Source of the DNA: Microthyrium microscopicum
Taxonomy: Eukaryota
Assembly (NCBI GenBank): GCA_010405405.1
Contig: MU004243.1
Coordinates: 181,340-245,339, forward strand
Direction of reading: 5' to 3'
DNA: 64,000 nt
Made by a program: the position numbers and the translations under genes. Positions 25,701 through 38,752 of the stretch are shown here, piece after piece; the first letter of the stretch is position 1, and the number at the start of each line of letters is the position of its first letter. A model generated the notes under the pieces. That model saw only the letters and a program-made list of their open reading frames with translations. It ran no database searches and was not told where the DNA came from.

Positions 25701-27259
25701 GCTTAATGGGCATATGTTCTATTCATGAATACTTTTCAGACATGAGTTCGACATATTCTCGAACGACTTGCAGAAGTGTCGATGTCATACTTGCAAATGG
25801 ATGGATATACGTTTGCGTGGGCGCCTACGTGGAAGTGCTTGGTGGATAAGGTTTGCATCAAACTTGGTCTGTCTCACCAAATCGATCATGTTCATCATCG
25901 CTTAGAAAATACGAAAAACTCGCGTAGCAAGTCGTCGCATCTGATAGCAAATGTGAAGATAGCCGAGGCTGATAGGATCTTGTTTTCGGAGTGAACTGGT
26001 CGCTGCTATTGCTCAGATTATGTCTCCCATCAATGCTAGAATTTTCTTCAACCGACGTGCATAGGAACTTTGAGCATGGTTGCAGACGGGTCTAAATCCC
26101 CTTCCCTCAGTGCACCGGTCAAATCATAGTGCTGTCGACTTTTCTTATTCTTAATCTAGAGACTACCTACCTTAGATTAATGGTTGAAAGACCTGTTCTG
26201 TTCGCTGTTAAGTTGATGTCATGCCTTTGGGCTCATCAAATGGGACATATTTGTATTGCTACCTTCATGTAGCATAATTGTATACGCCTGGGCTCTGTAT
26301 GACACTTTCAGAGCTCATCTCTTATAATACATGGTGAAGAGATGCCCTTTGGGCAATGAGCTTATGACTAGTGGCGAGCCCAGAACGAAATGAATGATAG
26401 TTTACATCAATCACATGGTACCTGGGTAGAGGCACAAGGGTTGTTCGATTAATTTGATATAGAATGGGACACTCAGGAATCAGGAATCGGTGTTTGATAG
26501 ATTAATGGTCGGTACATGAGGAAGAAATAGTCTAATATGGACCTACATAACCTGGCTTGATTCTTGAGTTCTGACACTTTCATGTCTTCCCAGAAGTTTT
26601 GTTACCACGAGACTTTTCATCGGTACGTTATGTAACTGCCGTGCCATTGCTTCTTACAGACGAGTATTCGCTGAGGCAGTTTGAGAAGGAAAAGCCACAA
26701 GCATCAGAACGGACAAGTGTGGTAGTATGCGAACATTTCCTTGTGTCATGATCGATGATCTGTCAAACTTAGAAGACTCAACAGTACGATGTGGTACTAC
26801 TGGAATAGATCCTTGAGCATTGTTTCTCGGTGCTGATATCTATATTGGTACAGATACATATTTAAAACTCTAAGATTGATACACAATGATCAAATTACTA
26901 CAACTACAGATAACGAAGAAACCAGCTCAACCATCAGATTGATTACAATTTGAAAAGATCCTAGTTGCTGGTTGTAGAATAATAATCGAAATGCTGAATA
27001 TGGTTTCAAAACAGAGGCGTACTATTCTGTTTGATAAAGTCTGACCAGTCGATCATAATCAGACATCACTGCGATATATCTGTGCAACAACAACATATAT
27101 GACCATAAGAACACCCATTAAATGATGATCAATTCCTAAAGTCTTGATGTTACAATAGAGATTTTACATTTTATAATAAGCTGTCCAAAGTACAGCCAAA
27201 AAAGCCCCGTAAGACTACACTAAATAAAGTATATACCGATTCAGACGAATCCAAACTCT

Positions 27260-27565
27260 CTAGAAAGATGGAACTGGCTCTGGAGACTTAGGAGCTCCAC
27301 CCATACCACCCATACCGCCAGCTTTTGGAGCACCGGTAGGCAAACCACCCTTGCCTCCGCCGAATTTGGCCATGAGTGATGAGATTTGTTCGGGGGTGAG
27401 TTTAGGTAGGCCGCCTGCTCCACCAGCACCTGGAGCACCACCTGCACCTGGAGCGCCTGTAAGAAGTTAGTTGTGAATGAGAATATGTGCTGTGGAGGAA
27501 TATGTACCTTGGGCGGAAACGAGTCCGGCGGTGAAGACGAAGAGGAGGATTGACTTGAATTGCAT
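27260..27565 (-). CDS. Small secreted Gly/Ala/Pro-rich protein (84 aa), 2 exons
   Basis: Exon 27508-27565 gives MQFKSILLFVFTAGLVSAQ. Intron 27457-27507 (GTACAT..CTAAC..CAG). Exon 27260-27456 gives GAPGAGGAPGAGGAGGLPKLTPEQISSLMAKFGGGKGG...PVPSF-stop. Upstream TATATAA present. Confidence 0.85.
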
Positions 27566-27699
27566 GTTGATTGATTGGAGGTTGATAGTCTGAGTAAGGA
27601 GAGACTTTGTAGTAGAGACTGTTGGTTGGAGTTGGTTGTATTGTTGTGGTTGTTGGTTGATGATTTGAATGACTGATTTCGAGCGGCTCTTGTCTACTC

Positions 27700-27706
27700 T
27701 TATATA
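27700..27706 (-). promoter_or_regulatory. TATA box of the small secreted protein gene
   Basis: TATATAA ~135 bp upstream of the ATG, followed by a CAA-rich 5' UTR. Confidence 0.6.
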
Positions 27707-28629
27707 CATTTCTTCAGCCTTGTCTTCACCTTGCACTTTTAGGGTGATAGAGTAGACCTGTCTTCACATTCGTCAAGACTGCCGTGACCCAGTCCCATAA
27801 TTGTCCTGATTTACTCATTACTTTGCCTCATATTACAGCAATACTAAGTCCCAGGGAACGATTTGCCTGTTCCGTTTCAAAACCTGTACTCCGAAGTCGA
27901 TCAAAACAGTGAACTTGAGCAGATCTAGCAATCTATAAATCTGTTTGATACAAGGCTGACCAGCAAGCTGGAGTACTTGGCGCTTAGGGCAGTAGGGAGT
28001 CCAGGGAAATTGACATGACAAGATGTATTTTTGTCTCCATAATAGGCACCAAAAGTCAGGGCAGTGGGAGGTATATCGGCTCCGTTTCAATAGACACTAG
28101 GGTCCATGAGGAGGATCGAATTCTTATTTGTCCATCATTGCTGATCATTGAAAAGCGCAATATATATCGCGGAATTGTCATTGGTCTTGGCTAATCGAAT
28201 CGAGAAAGGTTCGGTAGAGAATACATGACTATCTTAACACCATCATGATATCAACATGGCTTATGGTAGAAAGGATAGGCTTTGAGTGAAAGAAGACCCT
28301 CAAATCTGCACGGATCTTTGCTACTGGCCCCAATTAACGTAACTCGCATTGTGACAGCCATCTATAGGTCATCAGTTTACAACGTGCACCAGATGTGTAT
28401 CCATCTACTTGCAAAGCTATGATCAACTCTGGTTGATCTCATCCCCAACACATGCCGCGAGAGGCCATTGCGAAGGAATCCATGGAGCAAAGAAATATTG
28501 TATGAATTTGTAATTAGTATAATCTCATTAGCCCTCTGAATGAAGGGTCATTCAATGTCATTTCATCTTCAATATCTATCATCAATTGACATCATTTAGA
28601 CTTGGCAAAACCAACAGAGCATCTGTGAT

Positions 28630-30364
28630 CTACTTTGTGTCAATCTCACGCTTGATCAGAGTACAGAAGCTCTCAAACAATACCACATCGAATCCTTTGA
28701 GCCATCTTAGCGACACGTGGTGCTGATCAACTTTAATCTTGACAATCAATGCGGGCTCCACATCCTCTGTCATGGAGGTATCGTCTTCTGTTTCGTCATG
28801 CGCTTCATCAATCTCCATCTCATCACCTCTTGGCTTCTTTGATGCCTTGCGCGCACGCTCTCGCCGTGCTGCTCGAGACCATGTATTCTTCTTTGCCCCT
28901 ACCATGCCTGCCCAAAGTTCCTGTTTCCACATCCAGCGCACGTCCAGCTCGCCGATTAATTTGTTGAGCAAGTCTGCCAATTCGATGTTTGAGAGATTTG
29001 GTGCGCTTATTGAGAATTCCGTGGGAAATGGGAGCACGTTTCTCGTCGGAAGGTCGCATCTTGCCACATCCTATGACACTTGTTAGCAAGTTTCGACTGG
29101 ATTTCGAGTATCAATGCTGTTGGGAATGACTTCATAATCGGCATCGGGTTTCCCAATACTAATGCCATGGATTGAAAACCCGTGCCATTTCCAATGCCAA
29201 AATTCTCCAAAAATAAACCAATAGGTGCCGTCATAAGCCATATATCAGATCCTCGAGTAAGAGCACACACGGCAAATTCCACGGGTACTTACATTTCGTG
29301 GTCTTAAATCTCCCCAGCTCCAACCAACTACCCACCTCTTCGTTTTCCCATGCGTTCTCAACGTATTGACCGCCCAATTCTGACACTCCAACTTCTTCAA
29401 CTGAGCAACGACTTCGCTTACACTGCTGAGTTTACCCAACATACTCGTATACCACTGCACTTTAGTACCTAGCTCTTTACTCTCGACAACCATCCTACAA
29501 ACATAGGCAGCATCACCACCTTCTGTGATCATCTCCACCTCAGCGCCAGTACAGACGGCAGACGGCGGAGTCCCTTTCTCGTGCGTGGCGAGCATCTCGC
29601 TGCGTGAGGCGAAGAATGGTGGATTGCACATAGTGAAGTCAGCTTGTTGGACGTTAAGCTTGGCGAGTGGGAAGAGGCGGTCAAGTTCGTTGGTTTTGAG
29701 CAGTCGAATACGTGGGCCTAGCTCGTTGAGCGAGATGTTCTTTTGGGCGTAGTCGAGATTGGTTTGGTCAATGTCTGTGCCATAGAACCGCCAGCTGGGC
29801 CGAGCCACTGTGCCTAAGAGTGGATATATACAGCTTGATCCAATACCACTAGTAAGAGCACCATGTCAGATAGATTTCCAGATAGGGTGTCGAAGGACTT
29901 ACACGTCAATGCCTAAAACTTGACGTTCTGGGTTAAACTTATCAGAGAAGCTCTCATGAGAAGTATCAAGCAGTGCTTGAATCCAGCTGATATACGCATA
30001 ACTAGCACGTCGGTTAGTTCAGAACAATTCATTTAGCGCATGAAAACATACCGACCGGGAACCTGTTCTCCATTAACAATTCGGATATCATAACTCGATA
30101 GTCAGAAATCCATCAACGAATTTCCATGCTCTTGTGGAATCATACCGGAGGACATAAGCGATTATTGGGGAGTTCCAGCTTTAGACCAAAGTCTCTCATG
30201 AGTAGGCACTTGGTCAGTTGCATGACATGCTTCGGATTTTTCCAATTCATTGTGCCATCGTTCAGTACTAGCAACTTCTTGAACTCGGGGTCAATTTTGA
30301 CTAAATTGTTAAAGTCGATTGACTCTTCATAATTCGGCTCTTTCGAGAGCGCTGGTGGCGCCAT
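28630..30364 (-). CDS. METTL16: METTL16/RlmF-family m6A methyltransferase (U6 snRNA methyltransferase-like), multi-exon
   Basis: Motifs DFGLKLELPNNRLCPPV, GIDV.GIGSSCIYPLLG, DFTMCNPPFF, WYTSMLGK and RWVVGWSW. Confidence 0.88.
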
Positions 30365-30959
30365 CTTTGGACCTAACAATGTCTATAGCATGCGTGTTAA
30401 ATGAACTTTGAGATGGAAGTTCGGGAGTTGTTAAGAGGTGCAGCATTCCCACCTTGATATTGGGCTGCATGGGAGCCAGCGAAGCAATACAATTCATCAC
30501 GTGATGATGTCAATTGCATGTGCTGGATATCTTTTTCTCTCGGCGTGGTAATGATTAGCAGTGGGCATCTAAGAAGCTTCTAATTGCAGGGAGGAATCAG
30601 AGTATGGTTGTTAATACTAGTAGTGCTTGAAGTGGCCAATACCAAGTTCAAGTCCACGTCCAATATCAAATCAATTCCAGTCTGTCTTGACTACAGAAAC
30701 AGTCTCTCCAACTGCCATATGGGTATCTCGCAAGAGTAATATATACAGCTGGACATTATAAATTTTTCAGGAAGGTCTCCTCCACGATACGCAAGAAGCA
30801 GTCGCACTCGTCAATAAGCTTTGCAAAAAGCCTGGTCAAGAGTGCCCGACCACGTTACGAACAATCAGACTGTGCGCGTACATATGCTGGTGTGATATAC
30901 TGCAAAAGGAATGTAAAAATCAAGTGCTGCGTAGACGTCATGAGAGAATTTGATGCATG

Positions 30960-32769
30960 TTACACCAGGCCTGGCCACACCTTGCCCACCGCTTTCCGCC
31001 AACGAGGCCGTCGTTGCTCAACTACGTCGAGCGCTTCTGTGGAGACGGCCGCAATGGGGCTTCGGCCAACCATAGCGAGCGCGCGTCGACGGGCCCATTC
31101 AGTGCGCGTTTCATTGGATGGTGATGGAGCAGGCGGGACATCAGGGTGGATCGGATCGGGATTGTCTGGGTCGGGGACTTGGACGTATTCCACTTCATCA
31201 TCGTCCTGTGCAGCAGTGTGTTCGGGGTCTTCTGAGGTGACACGCAATTCGACGGGCGCTGGAACTCGAGCGGGAATAGCCGGATGGCCTTGGGCTCGTC
31301 GCGGCGCGGAAAAGACTTCTCTGCTCCATATGCGCCAGCTTGCCGGATTCCACGATCGATTGCTGTACTGATGCCGGCCGCCTGATTGGTTGGGCATTTG
31401 CTCGCGCATTCGCCGAAGCATGCGTTCCCGGCGGACCATTGCATTGGTCAACACGGGTGGACAGTAACCCTTTGGTAATGATGATTTCTTGCATAATGGA
31501 CAGAGAGACGAGTTCTCTCGGAGAAAAGTATCGACGCATTCAGAGTGGAATATGTGACGGCAAGGAAGTTCGCGCACGTTGCTTTCGCCTGGAACAAACT
31601 CGTCCAGACAAATTGCGCATGATGGTTGAGTAAAAATGTTCTTGATATGTGGTGGTGAAGTGTTGACTTTAGGTTCATTATTCGGTGATTCGTTTCGTTC
31701 AATCGTTTCCCTGCTGGCGCGATCCTCCTCGTCCTTTTCTACGACTGGATATTTATACAAAGGCATTTGCTCCAGTAAAAATCGGGGTACGGTGAGTCGC
31801 CGGATACCCAGTCTTTCTAGATCAACCTCCCCGTTGGCGACCCTTTGTCGTAATCGTTGCCTTCTTCTTCTCTGTATGCAATGCATAAGACATGATGTTG
31901 ATGCGATTATGAAGATTAGTATTCCTAATACGATTAAGAGGAACGCCCAGAGGCTAGGCAAGGTCGTCCCGCTTTCTATAATCAATTAGACTTTGGGCTT
32001 TCCGAAACGTAAGGAGCTGAACCTACCCATCTGAAGAGCTCCAGCTAGCCGGACGTATGCAGTTGGTGGATAATCGTCAGCGAGATTATGGCCAAATGGT
32101 ACACTAGTAAGGTTGCCGGAATAAAGCGCCATGTTTCTCAATATCGAGCCTCCACTCGCCCCGTCTATGGCGTAAACCGGAAATTTTGATGTCTTTTTCC
32201 ACTTTCCATTGTCTCCCAGGGACCATGCCGGGTCATTGGCTTTTGGCGCGCTTGTCTCGTTGTTGGGTAGGAAAAATATAAATGCGCGTAGAGGGTCGTC
32301 TCGAGCAGCGTATAGCCATTGTTGTGTACAGGTTACTGATATCCAAGGCGCGACGGCAAGAAATGCAAATTGAGCGCCTTGTGGAAGTTGTAGGTTGGAC
32401 GTGGCATTTTTAGGAACGTATTGGTAGATTTTATCTTCACAACTACTGCCGGCATCGAGTTCGGGGACGTAGAGAAGCCCGGTCAAGTCATTGCTCGGGT
32501 CAGCGTTGGTGGTCGACAAAGTGATTACTTCACTCGGGAGGTCATAGCGAAACGACACGGAGGACTATAGCGGAAGGTGAGTATACGGCAATCGAATTTG
32601 TTTGCACGAGGCGCGTACATTGAGTTCTTGAAAAGAGGTTCCAGATATCGAGAACGAGTGCGGGTCTGGAAAGACCAGGGTCACTATGGAAAGGCCGTCG
32701 GCGCCTAAATCAGAGCATTAGAGCTGGTAATTCATATGGAGGAAGCGCAGAAGAAAGTTACGTACTCAT
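30960..32769 (-). CDS. Membrane RING-H2 E3 ubiquitin ligase with luminal N-terminal domain, multi-exon
   Basis: TM helix LWAFLLIVLGILIFII followed by a basic cluster, then CAICLDEF..ELPCRHIFHSECV..CPLC. The start at 32769 is inferred from micro-exon ATGA/GTACGT splicing and is less certain. Confidence 0.85.
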
Positions 32770-34527
32770 CGTGGAGACAATGGCGTGAGGCAGAAAATGG
32801 CCGGCGCAGCGGCTTCAGCGGTCAAATCGGTGTCATGAACAGCGGAGTGGTAAAGGAGCAGCGGTTGATGAATATAGTACAGAGATAAATGCAAGACTGG
32901 TGGCAAAAGGGAGGGCTGGCGATGTGTCGTTGGGTCGAGTATAGCAAGTCAAGTTGAGTAGAAAGAAAGTCATGAGAGGATGATACTCTAAGACAGATGA
33001 AATAATGAAATAATGGGGATGGAAGTGGAAGTGGAGCTGAAGAGTGAACGGGCACTACTGACAGTGGATCAAAGCCAAAGCCAAAAGCCTCGAAGATCCG
33101 GAACCCGCAACGACCCCTTGCTGATCTGGCAGTGCTTGGACCGGAAGCAAGCAGCAAGCTAGAACATTAACAATAATAGCAGTGCAGGTAAAAGGTAGAG
33201 GACTACAGAGTACTCAGTACTGGGAGGAGGGCAAGCAGCCAGTGAGGGCGAGTAAGGCACGTTAAACGATAAATGGGTGGGTTCCACGGCCAAACGTGGG
33301 TGATGAGTTGCCGATGGGTAGCCAGTCATGTGTAGAGGCGACGCGGCAGGCCAGGCTAGAGTAAAGCTTGTCAAGGCTTGTCTTTGAAATGTTTAAGAGG
33401 ATGGAATTGGATTGAAACTGTAAAGGCCCGATGGAGATGACAGGCGTTTATGGCAGGTCAAGTTTGAAAGTGAAGACACCAAAGAGTGGAAACGGTTGCA
33501 CGAGTGTTTGATATGTTGAGGCCTCCAACTGGCAGTGGCAATGGTTGCAGCAATGCAGAGGGCATGTAAAATGAGTCTGGAGATGTTTCGATTCAGGCTG
33601 ATCCGCCTGTAACCTTTTGGGGCAACATCTTAGTGCAAGAATGACAGAGCGAAATAAGTCCTACGTACTGCTTGATGCTCAGGAGTACTGGGATACCTTC
33701 CAAGCGCACGCGGGCACTTTACAGCTTGTTGAGCATTGTGAGGCTTTCCCGGAATTTGGTAAGATGGGGTTCAGAATTGGTATATGGTTGGATGAAGCGT
33801 GTTTTGACCATCAGATGGCTATGAAAACCTAGTAGGTTAATATGGAAAATTGGAGCCGAAAGCAAGTGCTGTATCAAGATTCTGGCTGTAAGCTGTAGGA
33901 CTACGGACTAGAGTACTCTAGAGTAGTTGGAGAGGAACAACCTAAATAGATCAACAAGGGACATGAGCGATGACCAATTTCAAGGATGAGGATTGATATT
34001 GTGATATCAAACTGGGAGGGGCATTATTCAGTCCAAAAATCCAGGACCATTTGGATGTTGAATTTTGACTGAAAGACGAGATAGCCTTTTACTCTGTAGA
34101 GGTTTTACTATCAAGTGTACTGCCCCTGACGAGTAGATGAAAGAACTAATCTCAATAATCAATATTGGCAGCACCAGAAAAAGATCACTCCACTCTAATC
34201 ATTAATGGAAACTTCAAGATCAAGCTGCGATACTTTTTAGCAAGTACGATGGGATCATGGGCCTATCTTCTTTTCGGAAGGTACTACCTGGTATGTACCA
34301 CAGGCGCAGAGATACATATCCCCGATAGCCGATTCGGTAAGCCGAGCGATTGGAAACTGGGCCGAACTAGGCATCCCCCACCCTTGCATTCATCCAGGTC
34401 TGGTTGACTAAATCTCTCTTTGCATTGCATTTCATCATACAAAGACAACAAACTCATCCCAATACTTCAACTAAGGTTCACCTCACTTGTCCGTCCATTT
34501 GGCAACCTCATATCCTGCCACTCAACC

Positions 34528-36516
34528 ATGGCAGGCCCAAACGCAAAAGCCAGGACCAAAGGCCAACCCCGTGAACTCCAATCGCGAAGTGGTACTCCCG
34601 CCAGTACTGTCTCCGCTCTCAATGAATCAACCCGTCGTTCGAGGGAAAGAAGCACCTCCCCGTACCTGCACACTTCTCTAACCAGCCCACCCGATCTGGC
34701 AACAAAACTTCCCGACGGCCCTCTCAACGAAATCTTCGACGCAAACTCTCCCCATTCTCCAAATGCCATTCCTAGTGCCCAAGCTTTGACCTCAATATCT
34801 GACAGTATCAAAACTCAGCTACTTAGCATTGTCAAGTTGCGCGAAGAGACTAGTGACCTATTGATGCGCGAGCTGTCTGGCCGCCAGAAAGAAAGATCTG
34901 AACGAGATCAAAGGAGAAGCATGGAAAAGGCCAAACGCGAGGCTGACGAACGGCGCCAACAACTTAAGAAGTCCTCAACGCCCAAGAAACGTGATCGCGA
35001 AGAAGAGAGACCTCTGGCTGTAGGAGCGCATGGCGTCGCTCGTCAAGACGGCAATATTCATCGTGGTTTGTCGAGATATGACATTGCGCCAACCGTGCTA
35101 ATAAACTTTCCAGATCATTCCTCCCCAATGTCGTCCATCGCATCGCATCCTCCTTCAAATCCTGACGTTACAATGAAAAATGCTGGCTCCAACGAAACTA
35201 GTGATTCCGAAGAGCTTGAGCATCAACCACCACCTGCTGCTCCTATACAACAATTCCAAATATTCGGCGATGATCCTTCCCAGTTCCCAGACTCTACCAT
35301 CTACGAAATTTTACCAATCACCGAAGACACAACCGAGGAAGAAAAGAAAGAGATTTATGCTGTGAGGAGATACCCTCAGTCGGATCTACATGATTTGACT
35401 GCTGGAACTGCGCCAGACAAGGATTTCAGTAATGCAAAACCCTCGAATCAAGTCGCAGGAGCAACCTTTGCCAATTTCGTCGAACCATATCTGCGTCCGA
35501 TGACACAAGAAGATCTGGTATTTCTTATGGAGCGAATGAGCCCATATGCAGCTGGTACAGGCAAACAAAACGTATATTCTCAACAACAGGATCGTATCCA
35601 TGTATTCGACATACCCAAAAGAGGGCAACGCCATTATAAGGAGATCTGGGCGGACGAAGACGGGACAATGTATATTGATCAAGATGCCATTAAACTTAAC
35701 ACAAGCGAAGCCCGTGGAAGTATCGATCAGATGAATGATGATGTCGCTGAATCGGATGAGGTCTCCACTGGTCCTGTTACTGCTCGTTGGCTGTCTCTTG
35801 CTCGCCCATTGACTCGACCAATACAAGAAGGACAAGAGACCGTTAATGGTTCAATGGAGATGGACATTGATGGTGAACCGCCAAAGTCAGAACAGCCCAT
35901 TGATTCCACACCCGCTGCAACCCAATTTCCAGAATCCACATGGAAAGGCACGCCTCACATGCCACCTCCCGATTATCAATCCCTTGACACGAGAGTCCTT
36001 GAAGAACTGATGCACGCCGGCTTTCTATCTCCTTCAGACGCCCCAAACTACACCGATGTGCAAGACGACGAAGTCACCGCGCGCATAAGATACCTGCAAC
36101 GCGAACTCCGCAGAACCATGCTTCTCAACGGAGCCCGCAAACAGCGCGTTGCTGAAATAGCGGAAGAGCGCATGGCCACCCAAGAATGGCAGAACATTGC
36201 CGATGACCTTGATACCCAGCTCAATCAGGCGTATCTTAAGCGTACACGCAATGTTGGAAAGGGCAAAAAGCAGGCCAAGCGCCCTGGTGGCCCTGGAACT
36301 GCTACAGCAGGTGTAGCACGCCCCGGTGGTTCCGGCATTGGGGAACCAATTCGCGGGTTAATGGAACGTCGACATCTCTGGAACGCACAAATTGGACCAG
36401 TCGTTAATATGGGCAAAGTCAAGATACCTAAAGAAACCATTTTCGACAAGCAGCGTATGGACGAGCTTATCAAGATTGAGCAAGATAATTGGGTCGACGA
36501 TGCTGATGATGTTTGA
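34528..36516 (+). CDS. NGG1: SAGA/ADA histone acetyltransferase subunit Ada3 (Ngg1)
   Basis: Motifs ERPLAVGAHGVARQDG, PDKDFSNAKPSNQV, DDEVTARIRYLQRELR and DDLDTQLNQAYLKR. Probable in-frame intron at 35066-35113. Confidence 0.9.
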   Translation: MAGPNAKARTKGQPRELQSRSGTPASTVSALNESTRRSRERSTSPYLHTSLTSPPDLATKLPDGPLNEIFDANSPHSPNAIPSAQALTSISDSIKTQLLSIVKLREETSDLLMRELSGRQKERSERDQRRSMEKAKREADERRQQLKKSSTPKKRDREEERPLAVGAHGVARQDGNIHRGLSRYDIAPTVLINFPDHSSPMSSIASHPPSNPDVTMKNAGSNETSDSEELEHQPPPAAPIQQFQIFGDDPSQFPDSTIYEILPITEDTTEEEKKEIYAVRRYPQSDLHDLTAGTAPDKDFSNAKPSNQVAGATFANFVEPYLRPMTQEDLVFLMERMSPYAAGTGKQNVYSQQQDRIHVFDIPKRGQRHYKEIWADEDGTMYIDQDAIKLNTSEARGSIDQMNDDVAESDEVSTGPVTARWLSLARPLTRPIQEGQETVNGSMEMDIDGEPPKSEQPIDSTPAATQFPESTWKGTPHMPPPDYQSLDTRVLEELMHAGFLSPSDAPNYTDVQDDEVTARIRYLQRELRRTMLLNGARKQRVAEIAEERMATQEWQNIADDLDTQLNQAYLKRTRNVGKGKKQAKRPGGPGTATAGVARPGGSGIGEPIRGLMERRHLWNAQIGPVVNMGKVKIPKETIFDKQRMDELIKIEQDNWVDDADDV

Positions 36517-37220
36517 CCTTGCGATTTGAAGCTTTATGTGAATATTTTGAATCAGAGACATGATTGATTTGACATATGATAGTCATAGTTTTTTTTTCTG
36601 CATTTCTAGGCGCTCAGGGAGGTACGCTGCGACTACTGATACCCATGATGGAACATTGGTACCTGTTCCTGGCTTCTTGCTTCGCATCTGTTGTACTTCT
36701 CAATATTATACAAGCTATTTGCGGCTATCTGCAAGAATTTTCTTCTTCTACTTCTGGGATCTCAATCATGGATATCAAATGATTCGCTGTACGTTGACAT
36801 GTGATACAGGTACTATATGGCAAGGCTGAAAATGCAGCCTCATCCATACCGACGTTCGTAAGGAATTACAATGTCAAGATTATACTTGAACCTCTAATAT
36901 TCCCGGCCCCATGATATTCAAGCATATTTAAGTTATTTCCAGCGCTCGGCATCTTCCAAACTGCTCCCAGAAATGCGGCTTTCTTCATCAGCCTGCATCG
37001 GGAAAACGCAGAGCGAGACCGGTACGAGATGCGTCAATTCTCAAGCGGCAAATCACAAAACTTTTAGCATGCATTGTGAGATCACTCACCGTGATTCCGC
37101 TCTCGGATTGACGGACAAAATTGAATTTTCCAAAATACCAATTCTGTATTCCTAAATAAACTCAACACCAAACACCACGGACCCGCGGAATACCAACACA
37201 TCCGCGATATCACCACAATC

Positions 37221-38752
37221 ATGGGTCCACTGCAAGGAATCGCATGGCTCTACCGAGAATTCGGCATCCAGTCTGTCTGGGCTACCGGACGAGATGCGTG
37301 GTTCATTATTCTGGCGAGGTCATTTCGAATGTTTGCTTATGGCACGACGGTTTTAATTCTTGCGCTGTTTTTTGCTGAGCTCAATTTTACGGACACTCAG
37401 ATTGGACTGTTTATGACATTTACCATGGCTGGTGATGTTGTACTAGGAACGCTTTTGACTATCGTTGCGGATCGAATTGGACGGAGAAAGATTATTCTTG
37501 GTGGATCGATATTGATGATTTTGTCGGGCATGATATTTGCATTATTCGAAAACTTCTGGATCTTACTCTTCGCCGCTGTCGTCGGAGTTATCAGTGTATC
37601 TGGAGGAGATTTTGGCCCATTTCGAGCAATTGAAGAATCAATGCTCTCACAAATCACAACCGCAGATACAAGAAACGATGTGCTCTCGTGGTATGTCACT
37701 GCAGCTTCACTGGGCAGTTGTGTAGGAACTGAGGCGTCCGGACGAATCATCCAATTCTTGATTGAGAAGTGGTCTACTATCGACGCATATCATTGCACAT
37801 TCTGGATCTATTCTGCCATGGGCCTAGTAAATTTTGGCTTTGTTCTCTGCCTTTCTGACAACTGCGAGGCACGGGAATACACGCCAGTCGCCGAAGAAGA
37901 GACGGAAGAACAGGAACATTTCCTTGGAGAAACTGGAGAGCCCAAAGTCTCCTCTGATGATATCCGTGTCAAGGAGGCACCCAAGAAGAAGAGCCAATGG
38001 GCTATTCGAGCACTATTCGCGGACATTTCTATTGAAACCCGCCATATCATGTACAAGCTATGGTTCCTTCTAGGCATCGACACGCTCGGTAAGATCTTTC
38101 TGCCCCATAAATCTACTTACTTATCCCGTACTAACATCCTACTCAAGCCGACGGCATGGTACCATACACTCTAACAAACTACTACATCGACCGAAAATTC
38201 CATCTTCCCAAGTCTACCCTCGGCGACATCACCGCAGTATCCTACTTCCTCGCCTCCCTCTCCACCATCTTCGCCGCCCCATTAGCTCGCCGAATCGGTC
38301 TCCTCAACACCATGGTCTTCACCCACGTCCCCTCCTCCGCCTCCGTCCTATTCTTCCCTCTCCCAAGCTCTCTCTGGATGACAGTTCTCCTCCTCTTCAT
38401 CCGCACCGGTCTCAACAACATGGACCAAGCGCCACGCTCCGCATTCATTGCGGCCGCAGTAAAGCCGCATGAGCGTACAGCAGTGTTAGGCATCACGAGT
38501 ATGATAAGAACGTTGACAGGCACGTGTGGGCCGACACTGACCGGGATTTTTGCGGGAAATGATAGTTTTTGGATTGCGTTTGTTGCGGCCGGTATTCTGA
38601 GGCTGGGCTATGACTTTGGACTCTGGGCGATGTTTGTGAATTTGAAGTTGCATCAGCATGAGGAGAATAAGGGGGATGGCGATGCTGCGGGTGTTAGGAG
38701 GAAGGGAGATGAGGAGGAGGTTAGGGAGATGAAGGAGATGAATAAGAAATGA
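37221..38752 (+). CDS. MFS transporter, 2 exons
   Basis: Motif A (ADRIGRRK), GGDFGPFRAIEESML and MDQAPRSAFIAA. An intron from GTAAGA (~38089) joins the 317-aa and 198-aa ORFs. Confidence 0.9.

Noticed and set aside
22834..26000. Numerous 60-140 aa ORFs
   Set aside because: Mostly non-ATG starts, overlapping on both strands, with no domain or splice-consistent model.
34420..34527. N-terminal extension of the 698-aa ORF
   Set aside because: Starts at TTG. The ATG at 34528 in good context is the likely start.
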